A stretch of 64,000 bases of DNA from a virus (IMGVR_UViG_3300029288_000057:128001-192000), one strand, 5' to 3'; shown: positions 49,230 through 59,699, counted from the first letter of the stretch. Program-made: numbers and translations. The notes: generated by a model from the letters alone, not told the origin.

Positions 49230-49646
49230 TTAATTAGCAATCCCCACTCCTTCTTGGGCGTTTACAGTTGTTCCAATAGACACAACAGGCCCACCAGCAT
49301 TTGCCCCATTTGCATTAACGGTACCTCCTGGAAATATACCTATATCAACCCTCATGTCATTTTGTATAGCATCAACAATTTCTTCACATAAAACAATAAC
49401 AAATGCTTCCATTACATTTTGTGCCCCGTTTACAAGAGGACCACTTGGTAGGCCAATTTCTTTAAATCTTGATAAAATGGAATTTGCCAACACTTCTGGA
49501 CTTAACCCTGGCCTTGTCTTTTGTGCTAAAATCTCATAAACAGTTAAGCTTCTGTTTATCTCAGACGTATCATTAATAAAAGTTAACAACAAATCTGCCG
49601 TTTCATCTGCCACGTTTAAATTGGGGTCTATATCTATAAATGCCAT
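49230..49646 (-). CDS. putative spike-associated protein
   Basis: Gly-rich C-terminus GANAGGPVVSIG; near the spike gene. Confidence 0.45.
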   Translation of the reverse strand: MAFIDIDPNLNVADETADLLLTFINDTSEINRSLTVYEILAQKTRPGLSPEVLANSILSRFKEIGLPSGPLVNGAQNVMEAFVIVLCEEIVDAIQNDMRVDIGIFPGGTVNANGANAGGPVVSIGTTVNAQEGVGIAN

Positions 49647-49655
49647 ACTAAGAAA

Positions 49656-51131
49656 TTAAATCATTGGAATACCAGATGTGTTGTTTTTAAACTGAAGCGC
49701 TTTCGTAACCTTAGACATTAGTGCAACTTGTTGTGCCGCTTTATCAATCTTCTTTTGTGCTTTTCCAGTAGGACTTGTGTTGTATTTGTCTTTCATTTTT
49801 TCAATTTTTCGTTTGGCTCTTTCTTGTGCTCTGGAAGTTATATATTTTATAATCATCTTTTTCACTTTTTCAAGAACATATGCTAAAAGAAATCCTATTA
49901 CCATGTTTAAAATTAGGTTACATAGTATTGTCATTAATGTCACTTTCTTTTTTTGTGCAGTTGTTAAGCTGTCTTTTTTATATCCGCTTTGCATAATTTC
50001 GCAACTTGTGGCTGGTACATAATCCCCAACTCTTTTCCCACTAAACGGGTCAGTAGTAACCGAACCTGGGAAAACTGCATTTAACAACCCATCTGTCATC
50101 ATTTGCATTGCAGCTGGAGCCATCCCTTGTGCTTCTCCAGGAACAGCGCCAATTATGCCAACAAAAAACGGACTTAATAAACAAGTTATAGAAGAAATTA
50201 AAGTTTCTAAAAGTTTTTGAGCAAAGCTTTTTGAACCAGTTTTTGAATTTGATTGACTGCTTCCTCCAGAAGTTTGTTTTTGTATTTGATTGGCGACAAG
50301 ACTAAATACATTTACCATGGCCTCTTGTGGTGTTGTGGTAGTAGAGCTTGGGAATCCTGGTGGAGCATCTCTAAATAAATACATAGGGTCATCTGGTAGG
50401 CTAATTTCAACCCCTTGGCAGGTAACTTTAAATGATAAATTTCCATTTTTTATTTGCTCCATCTTTTGAAGCTTGTTATATGACAATTCTCCGTAAGTGT
50501 TGTTTGCTGGACTTGACACGCTAAAAATTTCGTCTCCTCCGCAGGAAGCTTCATCAATCAGCTCTGCCAATCTTGCATCATCATTTACTAATCCGTCTGG
50601 TCCAGAAGCTGCCTCTGGTTTTTTTGGCTTTCCAAAAAGCAGAATCATAAGCTCTTGTAGTATTCTTGTTCTTAATGCCTCTACAACCGTAGAGAGTGGT
50701 TGTCTGATATATGCATTGGAATTTAACCATGCATAGTTTGCATCTGTCAATGTCTGCTTATCTTCATCAGTTAACTCATAGTTTGGGTCAATTGTATGTG
50801 GGTCGAGCATTGGAACTGAAAGTGATGCAGATGAATCAAGTTTAGATTTTTGAGCGGTTGCCAACCGTGCGGTTGCGTTTAATATTAAGTCTACCAGCTT
50901 TTCTGTTCTAAAAAGGTCATTAAGAAATGCTGTTATTAATATTTGTGGGTCTATACCCATTGACCTTAAGACTTTAATTAAATAATCAAACATGGACATT
51001 CCATCTTCTTTTTTAAATTTAAATTTCTTTAAAAAAGAAAAATCTGCCAAATTTTTCATTGACCCCATTTGGGCAATTAACTTAGCTTGAGACTCGCTTA
51101 GAGGTTGGTCTAAAGGTATTACGTATGCCAT
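49656..51131 (-). CDS. putative virion protein
   Basis: 491 aa in a late operon with the spike. Confidence 0.5.
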   Translation of the reverse strand: MAYVIPLDQPLSESQAKLIAQMGSMKNLADFSFLKKFKFKKEDGMSMFDYLIKVLRSMGIDPQILITAFLNDLFRTEKLVDLILNATARLATAQKSKLDSSASLSVPMLDPHTIDPNYELTDEDKQTLTDANYAWLNSNAYIRQPLSTVVEALRTRILQELMILLFGKPKKPEAASGPDGLVNDDARLAELIDEASCGGDEIFSVSSPANNTYGELSYNKLQKMEQIKNGNLSFKVTCQGVEISLPDDPMYLFRDAPPGFPSSTTTTPQEAMVNVFSLVANQIQKQTSGGSSQSNSKTGSKSFAQKLLETLISSITCLLSPFFVGIIGAVPGEAQGMAPAAMQMMTDGLLNAVFPGSVTTDPFSGKRVGDYVPATSCEIMQSGYKKDSLTTAQKKKVTLMTILCNLILNMVIGFLLAYVLEKVKKMIIKYITSRAQERAKRKIEKMKDKYNTSPTGKAQKKIDKAAQQVALMSKVTKALQFKNNTSGIPMI

Positions 51132-51505
51132 TATTTATCTTCGTTATCAGGCTCTTCAAAAACTCTTGAGCTCCTGGTTTTTTCTACTTCATCTATTCTT
51201 TCTGCAATAGCATCTTTCCAAGAATCAGAAAGATTTAAATTGATGTCTCCGCTGACTTCATCTTTGTAAACAATACTTTTTATTTCTTTTGCTAAAGCAG
51301 CAAGGTCATTTGTTGAAACCGATGCTAAATTTAAGAATGCCACAGCATTTCTACCCATTAACGTGAATTGTTCTGGGTTTTCCATTTGTTCATCAGCTTT
51401 TCTATATCTATCTAGTGCAAGTTCTCTTTCTTCAAGTTTGTTCTCGAAAACTTTTTTTATTAGATTTAGATAGCCGTCTTTTGAGATTTCTACATTTTCA
51501 GCCAT
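51131..51505 (-). CDS. helical late protein (possibly small terminase-like)
   Basis: late motif upstream; size and helical pattern only. Confidence 0.3.
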   Translation of the reverse strand: MAENVEISKDGYLNLIKKVFENKLEERELALDRYRKADEQMENPEQFTLMGRNAVAFLNLASVSTNDLAALAKEIKSIVYKDEVSGDINLNLSDSWKDAIAERIDEVEKTRSSRVFEEPDNEDK

Positions 51506-51520
51506 AATTATTAATTTTAT

Positions 51521-51528
51521 TATAAATA
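51521..51528 (-). promoter_or_regulatory. late promoter motif TATTTATA
   Basis: 15 nt upstream of the ATG at 51505. Confidence 0.65.
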
Positions 51529-51544
51529 TATGACTAAAAAAAAA

Positions 51545-52561
51545 TTAATCTTCTCTTTTTTTTACAAATTCTTGCTTTAAAACTTTATAAGTACCTCTAA
51601 ACCTATGTAAGGAATAGGTTATGTCCTTTGTTTCAAGACCAGTGTTTTCTTTAATCAATTGATATACTTGATTTTTATTATAAACTCCTAAAATTTCATG
51701 ACTCCTAAATATTTGAATTATTGCGTCTCCAACCTTTTGGTCGTTTTTTGACAGGGTGCTTTTGTTTAATTCTTTTTCAATGGAGTTTATGATGAAATTG
51801 AAGAGTTCGAAAGATGTTTCTTCTTTCATATAAGGTTTGGGGTCCTCTATCTTTTTATTGTCTGCTTCTTCTTTATTGGCATCATAATCATAAAGAATTT
51901 TTGTGCTTTTTGAATATTCTTTTTTATTTCCTAGAAAATAATGTTTTGCTATAGTTCCAAAATAAGAGAAGGATTTTGTTTTTCTCCATGGATTAAAGTT
52001 GCAGAACTTAAGATATAAAAATGTAAAACAATCTTTTTGTTGTGTTTTCGAGTCCGTATCTGGTAAAAACAATTTATAATTAAACAAAATATTTTCTACC
52101 AATTTTTTGAGCGGTACTTCTATTTTCTCCCTAAAAATCTTTTCCCTTTGTTCGACACGGTTTGCTATTAATAAAACCTCCTCCATCCTTCTTTGCATTT
52201 CATTGCAATAGAATTTATTCACAACTCTTTTTTCTTTTTCTGCCTCTTCTTTTTCTTCTTTTATTCTGTTTTCATAAAAGAATTCGTTTAAATATAAAAA
52301 GTCAATAATTCCAGCTTCTGTATCATCAGTCCAGTATGTTTTAACACACTTTTCATCAAGGATTAATTCCTCAGACTCAATACTTAATTCAGATTTCTTT
52401 AAAATTTCCTCTTCTAGCTCATCTTGTAGCGCAACATCATTGCTTGACAAATCGTCTTGAAGTTTGACAATATCTGAGCACTCTTCGTAAAGAAAGCTTA
52501 TTACATCATCTTCGTTTTGCTCATCAAGAATTATTTTCTTTTTATTGTTTTGCTTTTTCAT
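51545..52561 (-). CDS. phage sigma factor (gp55-like late sigma)
   Basis: sigma region-2-like KLVENIL...DCFTFL..KF.NFNP...KSFSYFGTIAKHYF; acidic N-terminus; probable start MKKQNN. Confidence 0.7.
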   Translation of the reverse strand: MKKQNNKKKIILDEQNEDDVISFLYEECSDIVKLQDDLSSNDVALQDELEEEILKKSELSIESEELILDEKCVKTYWTDDTEAGIIDFLYLNEFFYENRIKEEKEEAEKEKRVVNKFYCNEMQRRMEEVLLIANRVEQREKIFREKIEVPLKKLVENILFNYKLFLPDTDSKTQQKDCFTFLYLKFCNFNPWRKTKSFSYFGTIAKHYFLGNKKEYSKSTKILYDYDANKEEADNKKIEDPKPYMKEETSFELFNFIINSIEKELNKSTLSKNDQKVGDAIIQIFRSHEILGVYNKNQVYQLIKENTGLETKDITYSLHRFRGTYKVLKQEFVKKRED

Positions 52562-53492
52562 AAACCTTATTTCTGTCAACATCAAAGAAATATTCTTTTT
52601 TGGCTAAATCCATCCAAAACTTACCTTCTTCTGGAATAACACCACCTTGTTCAACAGGAATTTGTGTAATATTCTGTGGAATTTTACAATATGTGTGTTT
52701 AAATGAACTATTGCTCTTTACCCTAAATTCATATCCTATTCTTGGAATGCACATCCCTTTCACATCATTATAAATCATTCTCATTAAAAATTCATAATAG
52801 TGACTTATTTTTATACTTTCTTTAAGTGGATAATATTTATCATCTTTTTGTTCACTGTATTCTTTGAGAGCATTTGTTCTAAACATGGCGCCTATTGGGA
52901 CGACACAATTAAATCTAGACAAAAGGTTTAAGTCTATTTTGCCAGCCTCTTCAGAAAGTCCTTCAGCCCATGGAGCTTCATTTACCAAACCGCTAAAAAC
53001 TCCATTTACTGTGTTTCTGACAATTGGGAAAAAGATTGAAATGTTTTCATTTTCAATTGCGTAAGAATTTGCACAATTATACCAGTTTAATCCAGCTACA
53101 TCATTTGGCTCTATTATTGAAATAAACTCATATTCATTTTTGAGTGCAATATTAAATGCCTCATTAAAGATTTTTGGGAAATTATCAATTGAACATGGTT
53201 TGATAAAATAATTGATTTTTTCCTCTGCTTTTATTTCTTCTTCTTCTAATATTCCCGTTTTATCATTTTTCTTTCTGATTGTTATTACGGGGCTCTTTAT
53301 TGCAGTCTCTAATAAGTGATAATTTTCGCTTGTTACGTCAGAAAAACTTTCTGGACATAACACCAATAAGTCCACTTTGTGTGATTGCTGAGCAACACTA
53401 TAAAACGTTTCGTTTAATGTCACCAAATTACTTAAATCGTCTACATATATAGCGACAAGTATATTACTGTTTTTTGAGTCCTTCAAGTTCAT
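52542..53492 (-). CDS. GT2-like glycosyltransferase (atypical DxD region)
   Basis: SVAQQS..VDLLV, FNEAF..A...EFISIIEPND, GAMFR, YEFLMR...IPRIGY. Confidence 0.6.
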   Translation of the reverse strand: MNLKDSKNSNILVAIYVDDLSNLVTLNETFYSVAQQSHKVDLLVLCPESFSDVTSENYHLLETAIKSPVITIRKKNDKTGILEEEEIKAEEKINYFIKPCSIDNFPKIFNEAFNIALKNEYEFISIIEPNDVAGLNWYNCANSYAIENENISIFFPIVRNTVNGVFSGLVNEAPWAEGLSEEAGKIDLNLLSRFNCVVPIGAMFRTNALKEYSEQKDDKYYPLKESIKISHYYEFLMRMIYNDVKGMCIPRIGYEFRVKSNSSFKHTYCKIPQNITQIPVEQGGVIPEEGKFWMDLAKKEYFFDVDRNKVYEKAKQ

Positions 53493-54717
53493 TGATTCTT
53501 TCTTGTTTATATTCGTTAATAATATTTAAAAAATTTTCCTTTTCTCCTTCTTCGGTGTATTTTTCAAGCACCTTTTCATAAGTTTGCTGAATTTCTGGCA
53601 CATCCATCTCTCCATTCAGCCACTTGTCAATAGCAACACCTAAAATTTCTGCTGTTTGGAAAATATCTCCATTAACAGTCCAAAATCCATTTTCTGCGGT
53701 TACATATTCTTTTCCTCCGTATGCATTCCAACCGACTACATGGGTGCCAGATGCCATAGCCTCAAGAGGCAATGTTCCAAATCCCGCAATGTCATCAGTA
53801 TATAAAACAAATGCACAACTTGACAGTCTTTCTGCAAATTCTTTTTTTGATAGTCCACCTAGTTGAATAAATCTTACCCATCTTAAATGCGGATAAAATG
53901 CTTGAAATGTTTTTATGATATTAAATGTTTTCATTTGGTTTTCTTGTCCCCTATTTCCCATAAAACCAACCATTGGATATTTGTTTGATTGTTTTCCAGG
54001 AACCTTAAATAAGTTTCGATTTATACCTTGTGAAAAGCTTTTTACATTTAAACCAGGCATAACAATGTTAAGATATTCAGTTATTGCATCTGAAACAGAA
54101 ATGACATCAGACACACCAAGCCCCTGCCACGTTTCTCCAGTGTTTAAAGAGTTGAGAATGTAAAACCAGCTTTGTGCCAAAATAATCTTTTTACAGGCCA
54201 CTTGCATGGTTTTTTTCATTACATTTGGAAATCCTTCTGGAATTATAAAAAAATCTTCTGGATTAACATTTAGCGCAGTACTATCTTGTTTAGTTCCATC
54301 ATTATAAAAAATAGTTTTCTTATCTGATAAAGGAAGAAATTCAATATCAGAAAAATCAAAATCTAACCACGTTGGATTAAATTTCTCAAAAATTACAGCC
54401 TCTTTCCCCTGCTTTCTTGATTCTTCATAAGACGCTCTCTGGTCTTGTCTTGGTTCAAAAACTATTTTGGACTTATATCCTGCATCTTTTAAAATCCTTG
54501 CAAGTTTGATTAAAACTCCAATTCCACCACTTGCACTATTTAGGGGAGGACAATAGAAATAATAGTTTGATTCGTTGTTTTTAACCTTTTCTTTTACCGA
54601 CTCAACCAGAGCGTTGTGGTCAACCTGTGCGGTATCTGGCATTTCGTTTTTTTCGACTACTGGCTCAACCACAACATTAGGATTGGCTTGTATATTATCA
54701 GTCATTTCTTTTTCCAT
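53464..54717 (-). CDS. GT4-family glycosyltransferase
   Basis: SGGIGVL; DDIAGFGTLPLEAMASGTHVVG. Confidence 0.8.
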   Translation of the reverse strand: MEKEMTDNIQANPNVVVEPVVEKNEMPDTAQVDHNALVESVKEKVKNNESNYYFYCPPLNSASGGIGVLIKLARILKDAGYKSKIVFEPRQDQRASYEESRKQGKEAVIFEKFNPTWLDFDFSDIEFLPLSDKKTIFYNDGTKQDSTALNVNPEDFFIIPEGFPNVMKKTMQVACKKIILAQSWFYILNSLNTGETWQGLGVSDVISVSDAITEYLNIVMPGLNVKSFSQGINRNLFKVPGKQSNKYPMVGFMGNRGQENQMKTFNIIKTFQAFYPHLRWVRFIQLGGLSKKEFAERLSSCAFVLYTDDIAGFGTLPLEAMASGTHVVGWNAYGGKEYVTAENGFWTVNGDIFQTAEILGVAIDKWLNGEMDVPEIQQTYEKVLEKYTEEGEKENFLNIINEYKQERINELEGLKKQ

Positions 54718-54780
54718 ATGAATTATTACATTTATTTAATTAAATTATACTTATTTATTAACGCAAAGTAAATAGTTGTT

Positions 54781-55821
54781 TTATTTTTTATGTCTTTTCG
54801 TAGCGACAACCTTCTTTTTTGCAACAACTTTTTTCTTTGCAACATTGTGTTTTCTTTTTTTAATTTCTAGCACTGTTTGAGACAAGGGTTTAATTGTTGT
54901 TTCAGAATAAACTTCCACCACTAAACTCAACAATCTTTCAACGTTTTGTGCACTAATAACACCTTCTGAAATGACTTTGCCATCCATTGTTACATTTCTT
55001 AAAGAAAGAAATTTTTGTTTCGTAACTTCGCTTGTTTTAACCTCTAATTCAAAAGAAAAATGCTTTGGGTTTATTTGTGTAAAAAAATTATTCCTTGGCA
55101 TACAATCATCTTGAAAATCTCTCTCTTCTTTATTACTTACATAGTAAGTTTCTATGGACTTGTTTTCAATATGTATTTGTTCATGTGTGGCCTGTAATTC
55201 AGATTTGTGCTCTTCAATATAGTTGAATAATTTTTCTAATACATCTTCTGTATATTGAATGTGGTGTTTATAGCCGCTGGTGGCTTGTTCTGCAAGTATA
55301 TCTCTTAGCATTGCGGCATTTTTTGCATTTGGCCGTGTGAAAATTAACTTGTTAGAATATTGCTCTCTGTTTGGGTTATTCTTGTCTAGAATTTTATAAT
55401 CGCATTCTTTTTCCCCAAATAATTTTTCCATTTGAGCCTCTGTCAACTCAACCTTTGTTCTGGGTGGCTGCGGGTTGTTAAGTTGAGTTCCTAACGAAAA
55501 TGGGAAATCATCAGATTCTTTTTTTCCATATTCTACAATTTTAGAAAAGTCATCCTTATACCTACCATTCATGATGTTGTTAATCACACCAAGTTTGTTT
55601 TTTTCCATTCCCCTAACCCTTTCTGCCCAAGATGTGTCCGTTTTAGTATCATTTGTAATGGGGGTTTCGTCTTCGTAAAAATCGCTTATTACATCTTGTA
55701 CCATTTCCTTAAAGAAATCTTCGTTAGAAATTTGTTTTGCCATGATTCTTGCTAGTTCTTTTTGAACCATGTTTTTCATTTCTGTTTTTACAGAATTTTT
55801 CATATTTTTATTTATTTTCAA
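54781..55821 (-). CDS. hypothetical protein with basic repeat tail
   Basis: C-terminal VAKKKVVAKKKVVATKRHKK. Confidence 0.55.
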   Translation of the reverse strand: MKINKNMKNSVKTEMKNMVQKELARIMAKQISNEDFFKEMVQDVISDFYEDETPITNDTKTDTSWAERVRGMEKNKLGVINNIMNGRYKDDFSKIVEYGKKESDDFPFSLGTQLNNPQPPRTKVELTEAQMEKLFGEKECDYKILDKNNPNREQYSNKLIFTRPNAKNAAMLRDILAEQATSGYKHHIQYTEDVLEKLFNYIEEHKSELQATHEQIHIENKSIETYYVSNKEERDFQDDCMPRNNFFTQINPKHFSFELEVKTSEVTKQKFLSLRNVTMDGKVISEGVISAQNVERLLSLVVEVYSETTIKPLSQTVLEIKKRKHNVAKKKVVAKKKVVATKRHKK

Positions 55822-56584
55822 AAAGTTTTTTTAACAGCATATCGTTATTCAAATCCTTCAATCCCTTAAGTGTATAATCAGCTTCATCATATTGATTGTA
55901 TAACCTATCAATTTTAATAGAAACTTTGTCTTCTGGTTTATTTTGAAACGCTAGTGGAGATGCATCAACAAGAACATCGCAATAATTCCACTTATCTGCA
56001 TCATCTTTTACAACCTGAACATTTCTTGCTCTACTTCCAGTCTTGTGAAGAAAGAAGTAGTTTGCAGAGATTGCTGTGGCTTTTAAGCCTGTAATGAGTA
56101 CGGTTTCGAACAAATTGTTTTGTAACCCATAAGCTTGAATTCTGTTAAAATGGCTCATTGCCCCTTGAAATTCTTCGGAGTCCCCAAATATCCTAAAAGG
56201 ATGCTGCTCATACATGAATTTATTCAATGCCTCCTGGGGTGTTAAGATTTTATTTTCAAAACTATCAAAATTTTGAAATATTATATTTTTTTCTTCTTCT
56301 TCTAATTTAAACGCATTATCATTTTCAAATTCTTTGATTTCTTTAAATTGATAGTGATTTAGCAAATCGGGAGAATCTACTGGGAGAGAAATTAATTCTT
56401 TTATTTTTTCTTCCAGCTTTTTCGTCTTTTCTTCATAATCTTGTTCGGTGGGCTCTTTGAGTTGAAACTCATCGTTCATTTCTACAATACTTTCATTAAT
56501 AATGAAAGTTTTTCTGTACTGTTTATCAAATGCGTCAAGATAATTTCTTATAACGCCATCAATTGAAATTCCTAGTTTTTTCAT
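55808..56584 (-). CDS. HAD-fold 5'(3')-deoxynucleotidase-like protein, degenerate
   Basis: MKKLGISIDGVIRN...DVLVDASP...IKIDRLYN; probable start MKKLG. Confidence 0.6.
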   Translation of the reverse strand: MKKLGISIDGVIRNYLDAFDKQYRKTFIINESIVEMNDEFQLKEPTEQDYEEKTKKLEEKIKELISLPVDSPDLLNHYQFKEIKEFENDNAFKLEEEEKNIIFQNFDSFENKILTPQEALNKFMYEQHPFRIFGDSEEFQGAMSHFNRIQAYGLQNNLFETVLITGLKATAISANYFFLHKTGSRARNVQVVKDDADKWNYCDVLVDASPLAFQNKPEDKVSIKIDRLYNQYDEADYTLKGLKDLNNDMLLKKLFENK

Positions 56585-56585
56585 A

Positions 56586-56975
56586 TTATATAGCTCTTTT
56601 ATTAAGTAAAACAAATTGTTCCAAACTATGGTTTACACACATTCTGAATAAGAAGTTTTTTTCCATCTTAGCTTCTCTGCATAAAATATTTCCATCCAAG
56701 TGGACTCCTCCTCCTGGAATTGGTATTTCTGAGAGCTTTCCTCTAATTCTTCCTAACATTTCTTTGCAAATTGCCAAAGTATATCTCTTTATCCAAGTGT
56801 TTTGTATTTTAAGGTTTAATTTGCGGTCATCCTCAGAAAGAATAGATGAAAAAAACTCAAAATCTTCTTTGGCAACTACAATTGCTTCATTAATTTGTTC
56901 ATCTGACAGTTCAATATCAATTACAGGACCACCAAGCATCATTTTAATTTGTCTAATAATTTCACTGTTTTCCAT
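56586..56975 (-). CDS. miniature T4 gp13-like neck protein
   Basis: LGGPVIDIELSDEQI..AI joined to WIKRYTLAICKEMLG..RGK...IPIPGG.V.LDG..L..EA. Confidence 0.7.
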   Translation of the reverse strand: MENSEIIRQIKMMLGGPVIDIELSDEQINEAIVVAKEDFEFFSSILSEDDRKLNLKIQNTWIKRYTLAICKEMLGRIRGKLSEIPIPGGGVHLDGNILCREAKMEKNFLFRMCVNHSLEQFVLLNKRAI

Positions 56976-57004
56976 AAGTTTTTTATTTGTTATGGTAGAA
57001 AAAT

Positions 57005-57037
57005 AAAAAAAGCCCTTACTAATGTAAAGGCTTTTTT
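57005..57037. terminator. intrinsic terminator
   Basis: aaaaaagcc.ttac...gtaa.ggctttttt. Confidence 0.65.
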
Positions 57038-57056
57038 AAAAATATTTAAACTTTAT

Positions 57057-58613
57057 TTATTCGAACGTTGTGAATTCAGCATCGGGTCCAATATACAATA
57101 TAGTCTGACACTTTCCATCATTATGGATTATTACGTCTGAGTGCACCCAATCAGATGCTGCATGATTGTATCCTTGTCTTAATTTGCAGTTACAACCAAC
57201 TTGGACGGCTCCGTCAAATCTTGCCACTCCGTGTGCATGCCCAGTTATTATTTTAGTGTTTAGTCTCTTAAATTGTTGAATATTACCTCTTGAACCGCAT
57301 GTTCCATCCATTCCGTGTTTGCTTAATTCCCATCCTTTTACCTTATATGAACCATCCCTTGGGAGAACTTTAATGCCAGGAAATCTTTGGTTTATTATAT
57401 ATCCCAGAAGTCCATTTGGCGCCTTATCTTCTAATAGCACCTTTGAATATTCGACAAATTCGAGTGCGTTTTTTATGTTTTTCTTTGGGTCTGAGTTGAT
57501 GATAAATCTGTCTAAAAAGTTATCGTGGTTTGAAAACACTACAACTAAATTATATTGTTTAATTGTATCCAAAAACTTCAATATTTTATCGATTTCTTTT
57601 TTTAAAGAACTCACATCTTCAACTTCATTTCTGTATTGTTGAATCCAGCTCTTTTCTTCGTGTGGATTAACACTTTTGAAATCTGCTAAATCGTGTAAAA
57701 AGATTTCATTTGGTTTTAATTTTGGTATTAATTCATTAAATGACCTTTTTATTACATTTTCATCATGAGCTCCATAGTGAATGTCTCCCTTAATCAATGC
57801 CGTTATCTCTTTGTTTCTTGTTACCTGTCCGTTGCTAACATTCCAGTATAAATCATTAAAATCACCGCTCGATTCTGCTGTAATTTGTCTTGCAAAAAAG
57901 ACATCATCATTCTTTATTTCAACAATTACTGCGCCATATGTTAAGTGGAATTCTGAAATCTTTCCTATTTTACTGTCTGTGAAATTTGGTGCTGTTAAAT
58001 TACCAGTAGTAAACATAATTCTTGGGTTATCGTCTAAAACTGGCAAAGATTTCATTTGTATTCTTGGATGTCCTACTACACAGGACTCTTTACAAAGTGA
58101 CTCTAGGCTGGTTAGTGGAAGTATTGCCGTGGGCTGAATTTTAACATCACTTAAAATCGTTATTTTATTGTTTAAATCATGTCTGTTTAATGTAAGATAT
58201 GGTATGATTTTTTCATCCCACCACTCTTGTTTTTTGTCAGTTTCCAGAATAATACTTGTTGGATTGTGATATCTATAAGGAATTACAAGAATCTCCGCAT
58301 CAATAAATTCAGAATAGGCAAGTAAGTTGTTCCAAAACCCAGTGTTTATTTTTGTGGCGTTTTGCGCAGCGGTTATTAGGAATCTTTTCTTTTTTGTGTC
58401 ATGCTGCTTTTGTTTTGCAATTTCCAATTGTTCTGGAATTATTTCAGATTTTTCTTTAATCCCCATTCTTACCAACCAATATCTAACGGTTCTTTCTGAT
58501 TTATTAAAATATTTCATCAGAATTGCCATTCTGTCATCCCATGACAATGATTTGTCTGAATAAATTTTCTTAGTATAAGCAATGTCGGATTCAGTTAATT
58601 TTTTAAATTTCAT
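57057..58613 (-). CDS. calcineurin-like metallophosphoesterase with N-terminal HTH
   Basis: GDIHYG, HDLADF, SNHD, KHG, TGHAH; N-terminal KSERTVRYWL. Confidence 0.75.
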   Translation of the reverse strand: MKFKKLTESDIAYTKKIYSDKSLSWDDRMAILMKYFNKSERTVRYWLVRMGIKEKSEIIPEQLEIAKQKQHDTKKKRFLITAAQNATKINTGFWNNLLAYSEFIDAEILVIPYRYHNPTSIILETDKKQEWWDEKIIPYLTLNRHDLNNKITILSDVKIQPTAILPLTSLESLCKESCVVGHPRIQMKSLPVLDDNPRIMFTTGNLTAPNFTDSKIGKISEFHLTYGAVIVEIKNDDVFFARQITAESSGDFNDLYWNVSNGQVTRNKEITALIKGDIHYGAHDENVIKRSFNELIPKLKPNEIFLHDLADFKSVNPHEEKSWIQQYRNEVEDVSSLKKEIDKILKFLDTIKQYNLVVVFSNHDNFLDRFIINSDPKKNIKNALEFVEYSKVLLEDKAPNGLLGYIINQRFPGIKVLPRDGSYKVKGWELSKHGMDGTCGSRGNIQQFKRLNTKIITGHAHGVARFDGAVQVGCNCKLRQGYNHAASDWVHSDVIIHNDGKCQTILYIGPDAEFTTFE

Positions 58614-58633
58614 GTCTTTTGTCTTTTGTTGTG

Positions 58634-58665
58634 CAAATATATATAAAAAAAATTAGAAATACAAA
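58634..58665 (-). promoter_or_regulatory. Bacteroidota sigmaA-type promoter
   Basis: TTTG (58662-58665), 20 nt, TATATTTG (58634-58641). Confidence 0.65.
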
Positions 58666-58670
58666 AAAAA

Positions 58671-59699
58671 TTATTCTATTTTTCCTGTTTTTTGATATTG
58701 GTCAATATCGCCCTTTAATATATCTATAACTAGTTCATTAAAGTTAATCTTTGGTTCCCAACCCAATTTTTCTTTTGCTTTTGTTGCATCTCCCAATAGG
58801 AAATCAACCTCTGTTGGTCTAAAATATTTTGGGTCAATCTCAATTAATAGCTGCCCAGTTTTTTTATCATACCCCTTTTCTTCAACACCAACTCCTTCCC
58901 ACCCAATCTCAAAACCAAGGTAATCAGCTGCAAATTCTACAAATTGTCTTACAGAATAGGCTTTGCCAGTGGCTAAAATAAAATCATCAGGCTCATCAGT
59001 TTGAAGCATTCTCCACATTCCCTCAACATATTCTTTTGCGTGACCCCAATCTCTTTTTGCGTCCATATTCCCCAGGCGAACTGTTTTGTTTTCTCCATAT
59101 TTTATTCTCACCAATTCAGATGTAATTTTTCTAGTTACGAAAGTTAGCCCCCTACGTGGAGATTCGTGGTTAAACAAAATTCCGTTACAGGCAAACAGGT
59201 TATATGCCTCTCTATAGTTTTTTACAATCCAGAATCCATATATTTTAGCCACTCCATATGGGCTTCTTGGGTAGAAAGGCGTTGTTTCTTTTTGTGGAAT
59301 CTCCTGAACTTTTCCAAAAAGCTCGGATGTTGACGCCTGGTAAAACTTTGCTTTGGGACAATGATTTTTTACTGCCTCTAATATATTTAATGTTCCTATG
59401 GCATCTACCTGTCCTGTATAATAAGGAATTTCGAAAGATACTTGAACGTGGCTTTGAGCGGCAAGGTTGTAAATTTCATCTGGTTGTATCTTAGAAACCA
59501 AGTTTGATATGGCTGAGGAGTCTGTTACATCTCCAAAGTGTAATTTTAACTTATCATAGATGTGGTCTATTTTTCCTGTATTAAAAGAGCTACTTCTTCT
59601 AATTGTTCCATGTACTTCATATCCCTTGTCAAGCAGTAGCTCAGCTAGGTAGCTCCCATCTTGTCCGTTTATCCCTGTGCAAAATGCGACTTTTTTCAT
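58671..59699 (-). CDS. gmd: GDP-mannose 4,6-dehydratase
   Basis: [56 protein letters not shown]. Confidence 0.96.
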   Translation of the reverse strand: MKKVAFCTGINGQDGSYLAELLLDKGYEVHGTIRRSSSFNTGKIDHIYDKLKLHFGDVTDSSAISNLVSKIQPDEIYNLAAQSHVQVSFEIPYYTGQVDAIGTLNILEAVKNHCPKAKFYQASTSELFGKVQEIPQKETTPFYPRSPYGVAKIYGFWIVKNYREAYNLFACNGILFNHESPRRGLTFVTRKITSELVRIKYGENKTVRLGNMDAKRDWGHAKEYVEGMWRMLQTDEPDDFILATGKAYSVRQFVEFAADYLGFEIGWEGVGVEEKGYDKKTGQLLIEIDPKYFRPTEVDFLLGDATKAKEKLGWEPKINFNELVIDILKGDIDQYQKTGKIE

